60,771 nucleotides of DNA, from contig CAZTYO010000001.1 in the NCBI GenBank assembly GCA_964617925.1, positions 1 to 60,771 on the forward strand. The letters are read 5' to 3'. Every line of letters begins with the position of its first letter. Positions within the stretch are counted from its first letter, which is position 1. The stretch comes from Candidatus Woesearchaeota archaeon. Lineage in GTDB: Archaea; Nanobdellota; Nanobdellia; SCGC-AAA011-G17; PNOQ01. Position numbers and translations under genes: made by a program. The notes under the pieces are model-generated. The model worked only from the letters and a program-made list of their open reading frames with translations, was not told the origin of the DNA and ran no database searches. Of the stretch, positions 1-9,078 are shown one piece after another.

Positions 1-102
1 GAGAAGAAATAATTTTTTTACTCAGTCTAAGTCCCGACAACGCAACAATGCATCCAAATAGTAAACTTTATATACTCTTCACTACTATTTGGGAGTACTA
101 CT

Positions 103-486
103 ATGGAGGAAATTAGAAAAATGAATAAAAAAATATTGCCTTATATTATTGCAGGAGGAGTTTCATTATTTGGTGCTTCTGTTGGTAATTCAACAGATGT
201 TGAAGTAGATCCTTATGTGGATTATTTAAATTTAAAAGAACTTTATGTTCAAGAACAAAATAGTATGAAAGTTTGTGAATCTGAATATGCTGTATTAGAA
301 ACAAAATTTGAAGAATCTGTCCAACATTATAATACTTTGTTGAATGAATATCAGGTTATGGTAAAAGAAATGGATTTAACAATTGAAGTATTACAAGATA
401 GTTTGAATTCCCTTGAACAAAAATTATTGATTGAATCAGGTTTGAAAGAGAAAGCAGAAAATAAGAAATTTTTAGGTATTTTTTAA
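103..486 (+). CDS. hypothetical membrane-anchored coiled-coil protein
   Basis: 127-aa ORF. Hydrophobic helix (ILPYIIAGGVSLFGASV) after MNKK; the rest is E/L/K-rich and heptad-like. No family recognised. Confidence 0.5.
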   Translation: MEEIRKMNKKILPYIIAGGVSLFGASVGNSTDVEVDPYVDYLNLKELYVQEQNSMKVCESEYAVLETKFEESVQHYNTLLNEYQVMVKEMDLTIEVLQDSLNSLEQKLLIESGLKEKAENKKFLGIF

Positions 487-494
487 TATCTTTT

Positions 495-842
495 TTAAAT
501 TAAACTTATTATTTCTGCTTCGATTTCTATTTTATTTTTATATTCTATAACTCTTCCTTGAACTCCTATTATGTTTCCTTTTTTTAACTCTAGGTTTTCC
601 TCTTTAAATGCTATGATTGTTATTTCTCCAGTCAAATCTCTAATTTTAATTATTGCTAATCCTGGAGTATTAATTATTGAATAAATTTCTCCTTTTATCT
701 TCACTTTTTCATTTATTTTATCAAGTGTAATCTCTCCAATATTTGAAGCAGATAAGTCCATTCTTTCAGAAATAAACAAAATTAAAAAAATTCCAACCAA
801 TCCACAGAATAATGCCATTCTTAGTAAGTTTTTCTCATTCAT
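495..842 (-). CDS. membrane-anchored OB-fold (tRNA_anti-like nucleic-acid-binding) protein
   Basis: N-terminal TM helix (LLRMALFCGLVGIFLILFI), then an ~80-aa module (VKIKGEIYSI...GNIIGVQGRVIEYKNKIEIEAE) with the beta-strand pattern of OB folds. Confidence 0.5.
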   Translation of the reverse strand: MNEKNLLRMALFCGLVGIFLILFISERMDLSASNIGEITLDKINEKVKIKGEIYSIINTPGLAIIKIRDLTGEITIIAFKEENLELKKGNIIGVQGRVIEYKNKIEIEAEIISLI

Positions 843-865
843 ATTATTATAGTAGAAGATAAAAA

Positions 866-873
866 TTTATAAA
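866..873 (+). promoter_or_regulatory. TATA-like box upstream of PAN gene (probable leaderless transcript)
   Basis: TTTATAAA ends 24 nt before the ATG at 897. No Shine-Dalgarno-like purine run lies in between. Confidence 0.35.
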
Positions 874-896
874 TTGATTTATGTTCTCTTTATTAA

Positions 897-2009
897 ATGA
901 ATTTATCTAGGAAAAAGAGGGGATTTGATAGTTCTGTTTATGAAGAGAATAAGAGATTAAGAGATACAATTTCTCATTTAAAATTGGAGATTGATAAATT
1001 TAGGCAACCTCCCCTATTATTGTGTGATGTTATTAAAATTATTGGAGAAAAAGCAATTGTTAAATTATCTAATGGAAATAAATTCTTGGTTGGAATTTCT
1101 AATAATTTGAAAGAAAAAATTAAATCTGGAGATACTGCATTAGTTGAACAAAAAACGTTGACAGTTCTTGCTAAAATTGGAAAAAGTAAAAGATTTGATG
1201 TTGAAAATTTTGTTAGAATTGAAAAACCTTCTATGTCTTGGTCTCAGGTAGGTGGACTTAATAAACAAATAAGAGAAATACAAGAAGTTATCGAATTGCC
1301 CTTAAAGAAACCTGAATTATTCAAAGAAATGGGGATGGTACCTCCAAAAGGAGTATTGCTTTATGGATATAGTGGAACTGGAAAAACTATCTTGGCTAAG
1401 GCGATTGCTGCTAGTACTAATTCTACATTTATAGAAGTTGTTGGGTCTGAACTTGTTCAAAAATTTATAGGAGATGGATCTAAATTAGTAAAAGATATAT
1501 TTAGGCTTGCAAAAGAGAGAAGTCCATCTATAATTTTTATTGATGAAATTGATTCTATAGCTTCTGAAAGGATGGAGTCTGGTACTTCTGGTGAAAGAGA
1601 AGTTCAAAGAACTTTAATGCAATTGTTGGCAGAAATAGATGGTTTTGATAATCTTGGAGATGTAAAAATTATTGCAGCAACTAATCGTTTTGATGTTTTA
1701 GATCCAGCAATTTTAAGGCCCGGAAGATTAGATCGATTAATTGAAGTTCCTCTTCCTTGTAAACTTGGAAGAGAAGAAATTTTTAAAATTCATTCAAAAA
1801 ATATGAAACTTAGTAAAGTAGTTTATGAGGAATTGGATAAAAAAATGGAAGGTCTTTCTGGAGCAGAAATAAGGGCAATTTGTACAGAAGCAGGATATTT
1901 TGCAATTAGGAATAAAAGAAAAGATATTCGTCATGGTGATTTTCTTAGGGCAATTGATAAAGTAAATCAATTTGAAGAAGATGAAGTGCATTTGGGAATG
2001 GTTGGTTAG
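897..2009 (+). CDS. pan: proteasome-activating nucleotidase (AAA+ ATPase)
   Basis: N-terminal coiled coil plus OB segment. AAA core has a Walker A variant (GYSGTGKT) and Walker B (IIFIDEID). It also has SRH (ATNRFDVLDPAILRPGRLDR) and the C-terminal SGAEIRAICTEAG pattern. Confidence 0.9.
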   Translation: MNLSRKKRGFDSSVYEENKRLRDTISHLKLEIDKFRQPPLLLCDVIKIIGEKAIVKLSNGNKFLVGISNNLKEKIKSGDTALVEQKTLTVLAKIGKSKRFDVENFVRIEKPSMSWSQVGGLNKQIREIQEVIELPLKKPELFKEMGMVPPKGVLLYGYSGTGKTILAKAIAASTNSTFIEVVGSELVQKFIGDGSKLVKDIFRLAKERSPSIIFIDEIDSIASERMESGTSGEREVQRTLMQLLAEIDGFDNLGDVKIIAATNRFDVLDPAILRPGRLDRLIEVPLPCKLGREEIFKIHSKNMKLSKVVYEELDKKMEGLSGAEIRAICTEAGYFAIRNKRKDIRHGDFLRAIDKVNQFEEDEVHLGMVG

Positions 2010-2010
2010 A

Positions 2011-2112
2011 ATGAATGATGGGTTGCTTCTCATATTATCGATTATTGGTCTTTTAACTCTTTATTGGGTGTTATTTGGTGAAAAAAAATATAATAAATTA
2101 TTTGAAAAATGA
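2011..2112 (+). CDS. 33-aa micro-ORF, single-TM peptide (unverified)
   Basis: MNDGLLLILSIIGLLTLYWVLFGEKKYNKLFEK. It starts 2 nt after the PAN stop, and its TGA overlaps the next ATG (ATGA at 2109-2112). Not in the ORF track. Confidence 0.3.
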   Translation: MNDGLLLILSIIGLLTLYWVLFGEKKYNKLFEK

Positions 2113-2645
2113 GATTATTTATAGCAATAAATTTGCCTTCTGAAATAAAAGATGAACTTTACCAGATTCAAGGTAATTTTGATAAAAAGTTTGCAAAAGT
2201 TAAATGGGTTTCAAAAAAGAATTTACATTTAACTTTAAAATTTCTTGGACAATGTGATGAAAATAAACTTGAAGAAATTAGAGAAAAATTAAAAAATATT
2301 TCTTTTAATTCCTTTGAACTTAATTTGGGAAAAATTGATTATTTTCCAGATAAAACAGATATGAAAATTATTTGGATAAACCTTTTTCCTAAAGAAGAAT
2401 TTCTACAATTACAGAAAACTATTGATTCTGAATTTTTAATTGATTGTTCAAAAGATAATATTTTTTCTGCACATTTAACTCTTGGAAGAATTAAGTTAAT
2501 AAAAAAGAAAGAAAACTTTCTAGGTTATTTTAATAATTTTAGAATAAAAAATAAATCATTTGTAGTATCTGAATTTCATTTAATTGAAAGTAAATTAACT
2601 AAAGATGGTCCTCAATACAAGGTTATTGAAACTTTTAATAAATAA
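2109..2645 (+). CDS. thpR: RNA 2',3'-cyclic phosphodiesterase / 2'-5' RNA ligase (2H phosphoesterase family)
   Basis: Two HxTx motifs (HLTLKFLG and HLTLGRI) at the spacing typical of LigT/ThpR; ~180 aa. Confidence 0.8.
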   Translation: MRLFIAINLPSEIKDELYQIQGNFDKKFAKVKWVSKKNLHLTLKFLGQCDENKLEEIREKLKNISFNSFELNLGKIDYFPDKTDMKIIWINLFPKEEFLQLQKTIDSEFLIDCSKDNIFSAHLTLGRIKLIKKKENFLGYFNNFRIKNKSFVVSEFHLIESKLTKDGPQYKVIETFNK

Positions 2646-2675
2646 ATTTATATATTGTAATGTCTGAAGGTTTTT

Positions 2676-3917
2676 ATGTTTGGTAAGAAACCCATTGTTT
2701 GGCCAATTGTATTTTTGATTATAGGAATATGTTTATTTCTTTTTCTTTTGTTTTGGAGCAAGGGAGGTTTTGTTAGGGCCCCAATTGAACCTATGCCTGG
2801 ATGTGTAGTGGTTGACAGTCAAGGAGGTTCCGATAATAAGATAGATATAGTTTTTCTTGGAGCTAATTATGCAGATGTTAGTAAATTTATAGAAGATACT
2901 TATGAATGGTCAAATGCATTGATGGATGTTGAACCCTATGATAGTTACAGAGATAGGTTTAATTTTTTTAGAATAGAAAATTTTGCAAATTATGGATGTG
3001 AATGGGACGAAGGATATATACTTTGTGATACTGGGAAAGTTGTTCGAGCTTCATCTATCTGTCCCCATGATTATTTCATTGTTTTGACTGATACGAAGGG
3101 AACTCAGAGGTTATCGGATTGGTTGAGATCTAGTTATTATCAAAAAGTACTTGCAATTAATACGGCTGATGAAAAATTAGTTTTGGCTCATGAAGCAGGT
3201 CATGCATTTGGAGATTTTGCAGAAGAATATACTGAAGAAGGTTTAAATATTTGGTGGGATGCACCTAATTGTGATTCTGAACTTGAAACTTGTTCAAAGT
3301 TTTCAGGAGTTGAAAATTCTGAATGTGTGAAAGGTTGTACAAATTTTGAATATTCAAGATCCACAAAAGAAGGGATAATGAGAGATTATTGGGTTTCTGG
3401 AGGAAAAACTTATGGTTTATTTGATGAATATGTTTTGGAACAATTTATTTTAAAGGTTACTGGGAATGTTTCAAATGAAGATCCAAAACCAGAAGATGTT
3501 TTAATTGTTGATATTGAATGTGAAGAAGATAATTGTTTTATTGGAAGTATTGAAGAGAGTTTGGGATTTCCAGATGGAGAAAATAGTGAAATTCATGACG
3601 ATTTCCCAATGAAACTATTGGCAAATGATGAGAAGGACAATCAAGTTATTGGTAAGATGGCAGATATGCCTAAAATTTTTACTTGTAATAAAGATAGTCG
3701 AAATGTTGAAAAGAAAAAACCTTTTAATTATGTTTTGGTCTTACCTCTTCCTTCTGTAGATAGTAAAGAAATTAAATTTAAACTTATTGATGAAAATGGA
3801 ATTAGTATTGATTTTGAAGAATATGAAATAGTTGGTTCTGAAAATGGAACTGAAGAAAATGTACTTGGTCCAAAACGTTCTGGAAATAAAGTTATTGTGA
3901 AAATTCCCAAGATTTAA
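2676..3917 (+). CDS. membrane-anchored zinc metalloprotease, M64 (IgA-peptidase)-like
   Basis: N-terminal TM helix. HEAGHAFGDFAEEY matches the HExxHxxGxxxDEY signature I associate with peptidase M64. The C-terminal half is Cys-rich. Confidence 0.45.
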   Translation: MFGKKPIVWPIVFLIIGICLFLFLLFWSKGGFVRAPIEPMPGCVVVDSQGGSDNKIDIVFLGANYADVSKFIEDTYEWSNALMDVEPYDSYRDRFNFFRIENFANYGCEWDEGYILCDTGKVVRASSICPHDYFIVLTDTKGTQRLSDWLRSSYYQKVLAINTADEKLVLAHEAGHAFGDFAEEYTEEGLNIWWDAPNCDSELETCSKFSGVENSECVKGCTNFEYSRSTKEGIMRDYWVSGGKTYGLFDEYVLEQFILKVTGNVSNEDPKPEDVLIVDIECEEDNCFIGSIEESLGFPDGENSEIHDDFPMKLLANDEKDNQVIGKMADMPKIFTCNKDSRNVEKKKPFNYVLVLPLPSVDSKEIKFKLIDENGISIDFEEYEIVGSENGTEENVLGPKRSGNKVIVKIPKI

Positions 3918-6103
3918 TTTTTGTAAATTTTATCTAAAATTTCTTTGATACTCTTTGCTTTTTTTGATCCTAGCTTATCTATCTCTTTTAATTTATCTTC
4001 TGAAGAATTCATTATTTTTTTAATTGTTTTAAATTGTTTTAATAATTCTTTTGCTAAAGATGGCCCTATTCCTGGTAACGACTCTATTATAAATTCTTGT
4101 TGTTCTTTTGTTGTAATTGGTTTTTTTTCTAACCTTATTCCAAATTCTTTGTTTTCAGAATTTTGTTCTCTTTTTGCTATTGTTTTTATTATTGCAGCAG
4201 TTTCTTTGAAATCTTTTGTAGTAATTATTGGAATTCCATAAGCGATAGTTATTGTTGCCAACATCCCCCTTATTGCATTTGGATGAATATTTCTAATTGA
4301 GTATATATCTTCGTCTCCTTCTAAAATTATTAATGGTTTTTCAAAATTATTTTTTAGTTCTTTTATCTGGATTATCAATCTTTTATCTATAATTGAATTG
4401 ACAAAATCTTGTTTTGTTTTTCTTTCTATTCCTACTTTGTTTGAAACTATAAAATCTGCAACATTAAGCGATTGAACAGTCAAATTTAATCCGATTTCGT
4501 CAAGCTCTTTTAATATTGATGAGCCATGTTCTCTTGAATCTGCAAATATTTTTAAATTAGTTCTTTTTGAATAGTTTCCTAGTTTCTGTTGATTTTCTAA
4601 ATTTATATTGTCTTTTAGTTTTTTTAATGCTTCATACATTCTTTTTTCTTTATGATGTGCAGTCCAATGATATGCCTCATCCCTTGTATCCTTTGTTATT
4701 AAAACTATAACTTTTCCCTTGGCATGTCTTGCTGTTCTTCCTCTTCTTTGTATGTTTCTTATTGCAGAAGGAATTGGTTCATAGAATATAACTGATTCAA
4801 CTTTTGGTATGTCTAATCCTTCTTCACCAATGGAAGTAGAAATAAGGCAATTATGGATATTATTTTTAAAATCCTTAAGTATGTCTATTTGTTCTTTTTG
4901 TGATAATCCTGTGCCTCTTTTTTTCATTTGACCAACAAATAATTTTGGATTTATTCCCTTTATTTTGTTTAGCCTTGTTTCTAATCTTTTTGCAGAATCA
5001 CGGTATTGATTGAATATTATTATTTTACTTTTTGAATTGTTCTCTAATTCTTTTTTTACTATTTTTTCTAATTCTTTTTCTTTTGGATGATTGATTTTTT
5101 CATCATATAAATTTTTTATTAATAGGTATGCAGATTTCATGTTTATATCTATTGAAAGATTTTTTCCAGATTTGGTTTTTGAATTTCCTTCAATTATTGA
5201 TTTTAGATATTTATGGGCGGATATTACTCCTTGAGTCTCAATTAAATCGATTGCATGATTTATTTTTATTGCTTCTGCTGTGCATGCTATTGCACCAAAT
5301 GTTTCAATGTCTTTTGATCCTTTTGCAACTTCTCCTTGTAATTTTGCCATAATTTTAAGTAAATCTTTTTTTGATGCATATTTTTCAGAATTTGAATATT
5401 TTAATTCCTTCAATCTGTTTAGTCTTTGATTATTCGCACCATCCAAAAATTTCTTTGCTTCTTTGAATTTTTGAGGTAAATTCACTTTTATTAATTTCAT
5501 TTCTGTTTTTTGAATATATGGTTTAACATCTTGATCTTGTTCTGTTCTTACTTCTAAATTCTGAATGAATAAGTTTGAACAAACTTCTTTTATTTTTTCA
5601 AGATCAGAACCAGGAGATGCAGTCAGTCCAATAATTCTTGAATGAATTGCATCTTTTTTGTATTTTTTTGCTAACCAAGTATATGAATAATTTTGTACTG
5701 CTCTGTGAGCTTCATCAAAAATGATTAATGAAACTTCTGCAAATTTGAATTTTTTATTTATTACATCGTTTTCTATGCTTTGAGGAGTACTGATTATTAT
5801 TTTAGCATTTTTTACAAGTTCATATCTTTTTTTTGGTAAAATTGCACCAGTAAATAAAACAATTTCATCAATATTTGTACTTTCCTTAAATTCTTCATAA
5901 ATTTGATTTGCTAATGGTTTTGTTGGCGTGAGAAATAATATTTTTGAATTTGGGTGTTTTCTTAATCTATTTATTGCAATTAAAATTGAAGTTTTTGTTT
6001 TTCCTAATCCTGTGGGCAAGGAGATTAAAGTATTTTTGTCTATACTTGAATTTAATATAGTTTCTTGATATAATCTTGGTTTAAAGTTTTTAATGGAATA
6101 CAT
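3914..6103 (-). CDS. hef: Hef helicase/nuclease (SF2 helicase fused to ERCC4/XPF nuclease and HhH2)
   Basis: Helicase motifs PTGLGKT, FDEAH, TASPG and QRRGRTAR. The C-terminal ERCC4 has ADSRE...GIERKTKQDF, followed by a terminal (HhH)2 (LPGIGPSLAKELL). Confidence 0.9.
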   Translation of the reverse strand: MYSIKNFKPRLYQETILNSSIDKNTLISLPTGLGKTKTSILIAINRLRKHPNSKILFLTPTKPLANQIYEEFKESTNIDEIVLFTGAILPKKRYELVKNAKIIISTPQSIENDVINKKFKFAEVSLIIFDEAHRAVQNYSYTWLAKKYKKDAIHSRIIGLTASPGSDLEKIKEVCSNLFIQNLEVRTEQDQDVKPYIQKTEMKLIKVNLPQKFKEAKKFLDGANNQRLNRLKELKYSNSEKYASKKDLLKIMAKLQGEVAKGSKDIETFGAIACTAEAIKINHAIDLIETQGVISAHKYLKSIIEGNSKTKSGKNLSIDINMKSAYLLIKNLYDEKINHPKEKELEKIVKKELENNSKSKIIIFNQYRDSAKRLETRLNKIKGINPKLFVGQMKKRGTGLSQKEQIDILKDFKNNIHNCLISTSIGEEGLDIPKVESVIFYEPIPSAIRNIQRRGRTARHAKGKVIVLITKDTRDEAYHWTAHHKEKRMYEALKKLKDNINLENQQKLGNYSKRTNLKIFADSREHGSSILKELDEIGLNLTVQSLNVADFIVSNKVGIERKTKQDFVNSIIDKRLIIQIKELKNNFEKPLIILEGDEDIYSIRNIHPNAIRGMLATITIAYGIPIITTKDFKETAAIIKTIAKREQNSENKEFGIRLEKKPITTKEQQEFIIESLPGIGPSLAKELLKQFKTIKKIMNSSEDKLKEIDKLGSKKAKSIKEILDKIYKN

Positions 6104-6156
6104 ATTGTGATACTTTAACTCTTATTTATAAATTATTAAGTTGGAGTTTGACAATG

Positions 6157-6894
6157 TTACAATGTTTTGTACATATAAGTTATTAAGAGCATTATTGCTA
6201 TTATTGATGATAGAATCAATGATCCAATTAATCCAATTATGTTGAGTAATGCAATTGAGAAAATAATGAATGCGATTGAAAAGATATAAAGGAATATTGA
6301 ACCAAAAAATATTTTTGCTCCATCTAATTGAGAAATTGGAATCATAGAATATATTGCCATTAAGTAGTTCATTTCTATAAAGGTCTCAAATCCTGGAAGG
6401 GCAAGTGTTTGAAATATAAGTGCTATGAATAAATTTGTTAATGGTCCTGCCAATGCAATTATTGCAGTTTCAAATTCTGTAATTTTTGTATATTTTTTCC
6501 CTATCCTTTTATGCTCTATCTCTTTTGCTTCAGAAGTTCCCACTAAAAATAGTTTTATTGATCCAAGAGAAAGAAATATTGTTATTATTGGTAAGAATAT
6601 TCCTGCAAAAAATCCACCTATTTTTTTACCTAATATTTTTTTGGGGAATTTTGATTTTCTAAAAAATCCATATCTTTTTATTTCCCATAATCTAAAATGA
6701 GATTCACATGCCTTTTTTCTTGCAACTATTTTGTGTGCTATCTCGTGGATCAATATAACGCCTGCACCCAAGATGGAAAACCTCAACCAATTTATTAAGT
6801 TAAATTGATTGAATGAAAAAATGAAACCTATTACCAATGTTGCTATAATTATGTGTTTTATCTCAGTTTTATCAAAAATTTTATTTTTTTTCAT
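6157..6894 (-). CDS. site-2-protease-like intramembrane metalloprotease (peptidase M50 family)
   Basis: Polytopic. HEIAH sits in a TM segment, with AGPLTN and the downstream MIPISQLDG (NxxPxxxLDG-like) motif. Confidence 0.65.
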   Translation of the reverse strand: MKKNKIFDKTEIKHIIIATLVIGFIFSFNQFNLINWLRFSILGAGVILIHEIAHKIVARKKACESHFRLWEIKRYGFFRKSKFPKKILGKKIGGFFAGIFLPIITIFLSLGSIKLFLVGTSEAKEIEHKRIGKKYTKITEFETAIIALAGPLTNLFIALIFQTLALPGFETFIEMNYLMAIYSMIPISQLDGAKIFFGSIFLYIFSIAFIIFSIALLNIIGLIGSLILSSIIAIMLLITYMYKTL

Positions 6895-7558
6895 TTTTCT
6901 TTAAATATTCTAAAATACTTTCTTTATGTCCTGCTCCAACTATTGCAAGTATCCTTTTATTGGGATAATTAGTAATTAGATTATTTAAGTTTTTTGCAAG
7001 AATTATATCTCTTTCTTTTATTAGTACCTTATAAATTGAAGGATATCTTCTTTTAACTATTTCAGTTAGTTCTTTTATTATTATTTTGTTGGGTACTTTG
7101 GTTAAATCAAAATTCTTTATCTCTTTTTTCAAATTTTTTGTTTTGAACAAATCTTTAAAAAATCTAAATTTTTCTTTTAATGTTATTTCTTTTGATAATC
7201 TTTTTAGGGTTATTTGAATATCTTGATCTATTAATGCAATCCTTGTTTTGTTCTTTTTTGATAATTCTATTGCTTTTTTCATTTCAGCACCAGGAGTCAT
7301 GCCAACTAGTTTCCCTAATTTTTTTTCTGCATATGCTCCAATTAGATTAAAGAAAAAACCCGTAATTCCTATTTTTTTTATGTTTTTTACTGATGCTTTT
7401 CTTTTTTCTGGGTGCATTATTAGGTAGAATCTAGATTGATCTAATTCTATTGCTACTATTTCTGGTTCAATTTCAGAAAATGCTGTTTTAACGTCTTTAA
7501 CGCTTTCTTTTGCTATGTGTGAAGATCCAATCAATGTTAAATTTTTGAATTTTATCAT
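6881..7558 (-). CDS. TraB/PrgY (GumN) family protein
   Basis: LIGSSHIAKESVKDV...IVAIELDQSRF near the N-terminus and VGAGH near the C-terminus. It overlaps the M50 gene by 14 nt. Confidence 0.7.
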   Translation of the reverse strand: MIKFKNLTLIGSSHIAKESVKDVKTAFSEIEPEIVAIELDQSRFYLIMHPEKRKASVKNIKKIGITGFFFNLIGAYAEKKLGKLVGMTPGAEMKKAIELSKKNKTRIALIDQDIQITLKRLSKEITLKEKFRFFKDLFKTKNLKKEIKNFDLTKVPNKIIIKELTEIVKRRYPSIYKVLIKERDIILAKNLNNLITNYPNKRILAIVGAGHKESILEYLKKNEKK

Positions 7559-7625
7559 TTGATTAGAAAGATATATAAAGTTTAAAAGACTTCTCTTTCA
7601 TACTTTGACAAAGGAGGAATTCGAA

Positions 7626-7910
7626 ATGTTAAAAACTAAACAAATAAATGAAATCTATGATATGGAAGTTTATACAGATTCTGGTGATTATTTTGGAGAT
7701 ATAGAAGAATCTATTCTAACAACCAATAAAATTTTTGGTTGGAGAGTTAAGGCAACAAAAAGATCTTATCTTTCAAAAATACTGGGTGGTGCTAAAGGAG
7801 TTATTATACCTCATCAACTTGTTAAAGCTATTGGAGATATAATAATCATAAGTAAGGCAGCTGTACCTACTACACATGATGAAAATAGTGCTATTGAAGA
7901 AGTGGAGTAA
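7626..7910 (+). CDS. PRC-barrel domain protein
   Basis: EIYDMEVYTDSGDYFGDIEESIL...GWRVK pattern. I prefer the ATG at 7626 (GGAGG at 7613-7617) to the TTG at 7605 used by the ORF track. Confidence 0.55.
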   Translation: MLKTKQINEIYDMEVYTDSGDYFGDIEESILTTNKIFGWRVKATKRSYLSKILGGAKGVIIPHQLVKAIGDIIIISKAAVPTTHDENSAIEEVE

Positions 7911-7952
7911 AAAACATAAATTTTAAATACTCCTTTTTTTATTATTCATACA

Positions 7953-8519
7953 ATGGTATCAACATTACAACAATCAATTGAGTTTCTTAAAGACTTTGGT
8001 CTTTTTGATGTAGTCCTTCCTTTCTTACTTGTGTTTGCATTAATTTTTGCAATTCTTGAAAAAACATTTATACTTGGTAAGGAAAGTGATGGAATTGCTA
8101 AGAAAAATTTAAATTCAATTGTTGCTCTTGCAATTGCTTTAATTGCGGTTGCTACAAATAAAGTTATTGGTGCGATTAATGAGGCTTTGCCCAATGTTGT
8201 TTTACTAATTGTTGTTTCAATTTCTTTTCTTATGATGATCGGAGTTTTTCTTAAAACTGGAGAATTTGATTTCAAGACTACGCACGGAAATTGGTATAAG
8301 GCTTTTGTTGTTGCAATGTTTGTTGGAGTTTTATTAATTTTTGCTAGTGCTATAAAAGTAGAGGGAGTTAGTTGGCTGAGTATGATACTAAGTAAGATTG
8401 GTGGAATTTCTGAATCAGTTATTAGTTCATTTATATTTTTAGCAATAGTTGTAGGAATTCTTGCATTTATAATTAAAGGATCGAATAGCAAAGATAGTAA
8501 TTCTGGAAGTGGTGGTTAA
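7953..8519 (+). CDS. 4-TM membrane protein, paralog 1 of a tandem triplet (unknown family)
   Basis: Shares VVLPFLLVFALIFAILEKTFILG with the next two genes. ~4 predicted TM helices and a Ser/Gly tail. Confidence 0.75.
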   Translation: MVSTLQQSIEFLKDFGLFDVVLPFLLVFALIFAILEKTFILGKESDGIAKKNLNSIVALAIALIAVATNKVIGAINEALPNVVLLIVVSISFLMMIGVFLKTGEFDFKTTHGNWYKAFVVAMFVGVLLIFASAIKVEGVSWLSMILSKIGGISESVISSFIFLAIVVGILAFIIKGSNSKDSNSGSGG

Positions 8520-8521
8520 TT

Positions 8522-9067
8522 ATGGTAAATATCAATCAATTAGTTTATCAATTAGAAACTTCAGGTGTTTATGAATATATGTTGCCCTTTCTTTTGGTAT
8601 TCATAGTTATTTTTTCAATTTTAGAAAAGGTTCATATTCTTGGTTCAATTAAAGCACCAATCACTCCTGGTGCTCCTGGTGCTTCGGATGCTCCTAAAAC
8701 TTCTCTTAATGCAATATTTTCGGTAATAGTTTCTTTAATTGTTATAGTTAATACCGATATTGTTATGTTAATTAATAATTATATGTCCAAGATGGCAATG
8801 ATAGTAATTTTAACTGTGATGTTCATGATTCTTGTTGCATTAATTACTGGAAAGAAATTTGACAAGGGAGGTTTCTTTTTTGCAGCTCTTTTTGCTTTGG
8901 CGGCAGCAGTTTGGTCTTTGACTCCATATCAGCTTCATAATCAAGCATGGTATCATGCATTATCTCCTACAATTAATGCATCTTTTCCACTTGTTTTATT
9001 TGGTTTAGTGATTGTTTGGATAGTCAAAGCTAGTAGTACTACTCCTGGTAGGTGGACTAGAACTTAG
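8522..9067 (+). CDS. 4-TM membrane protein, paralog 2 of a tandem triplet
   Basis: YMLPFLLVFIVIFSILEKVHILG. Has a Pro/Ala/Gly-rich loop insertion (PITPGAPGASDAP). Starts 2 nt after paralog 1 ends. Confidence 0.75.
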   Translation: MVNINQLVYQLETSGVYEYMLPFLLVFIVIFSILEKVHILGSIKAPITPGAPGASDAPKTSLNAIFSVIVSLIVIVNTDIVMLINNYMSKMAMIVILTVMFMILVALITGKKFDKGGFFFAALFALAAAVWSLTPYQLHNQAWYHALSPTINASFPLVLFGLVIVWIVKASSTTPGRWTRT

Positions 9068-9078
9068 ATTTATAAAAA

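Noticed and set aside
1-102. Possible 3' end of an upstream gene (reads ...EKK-stop at 1-12)
   Set aside because: It is too short to support any call.
7946-8491. 181-aa ORF antisense to membrane paralog 1
   Set aside because: It is a mirror ORF of a strongly hydrophobic sense gene that is supported by two paralogs. The antisense translation is low-complexity (I/T/K/S-rich) with no motif.
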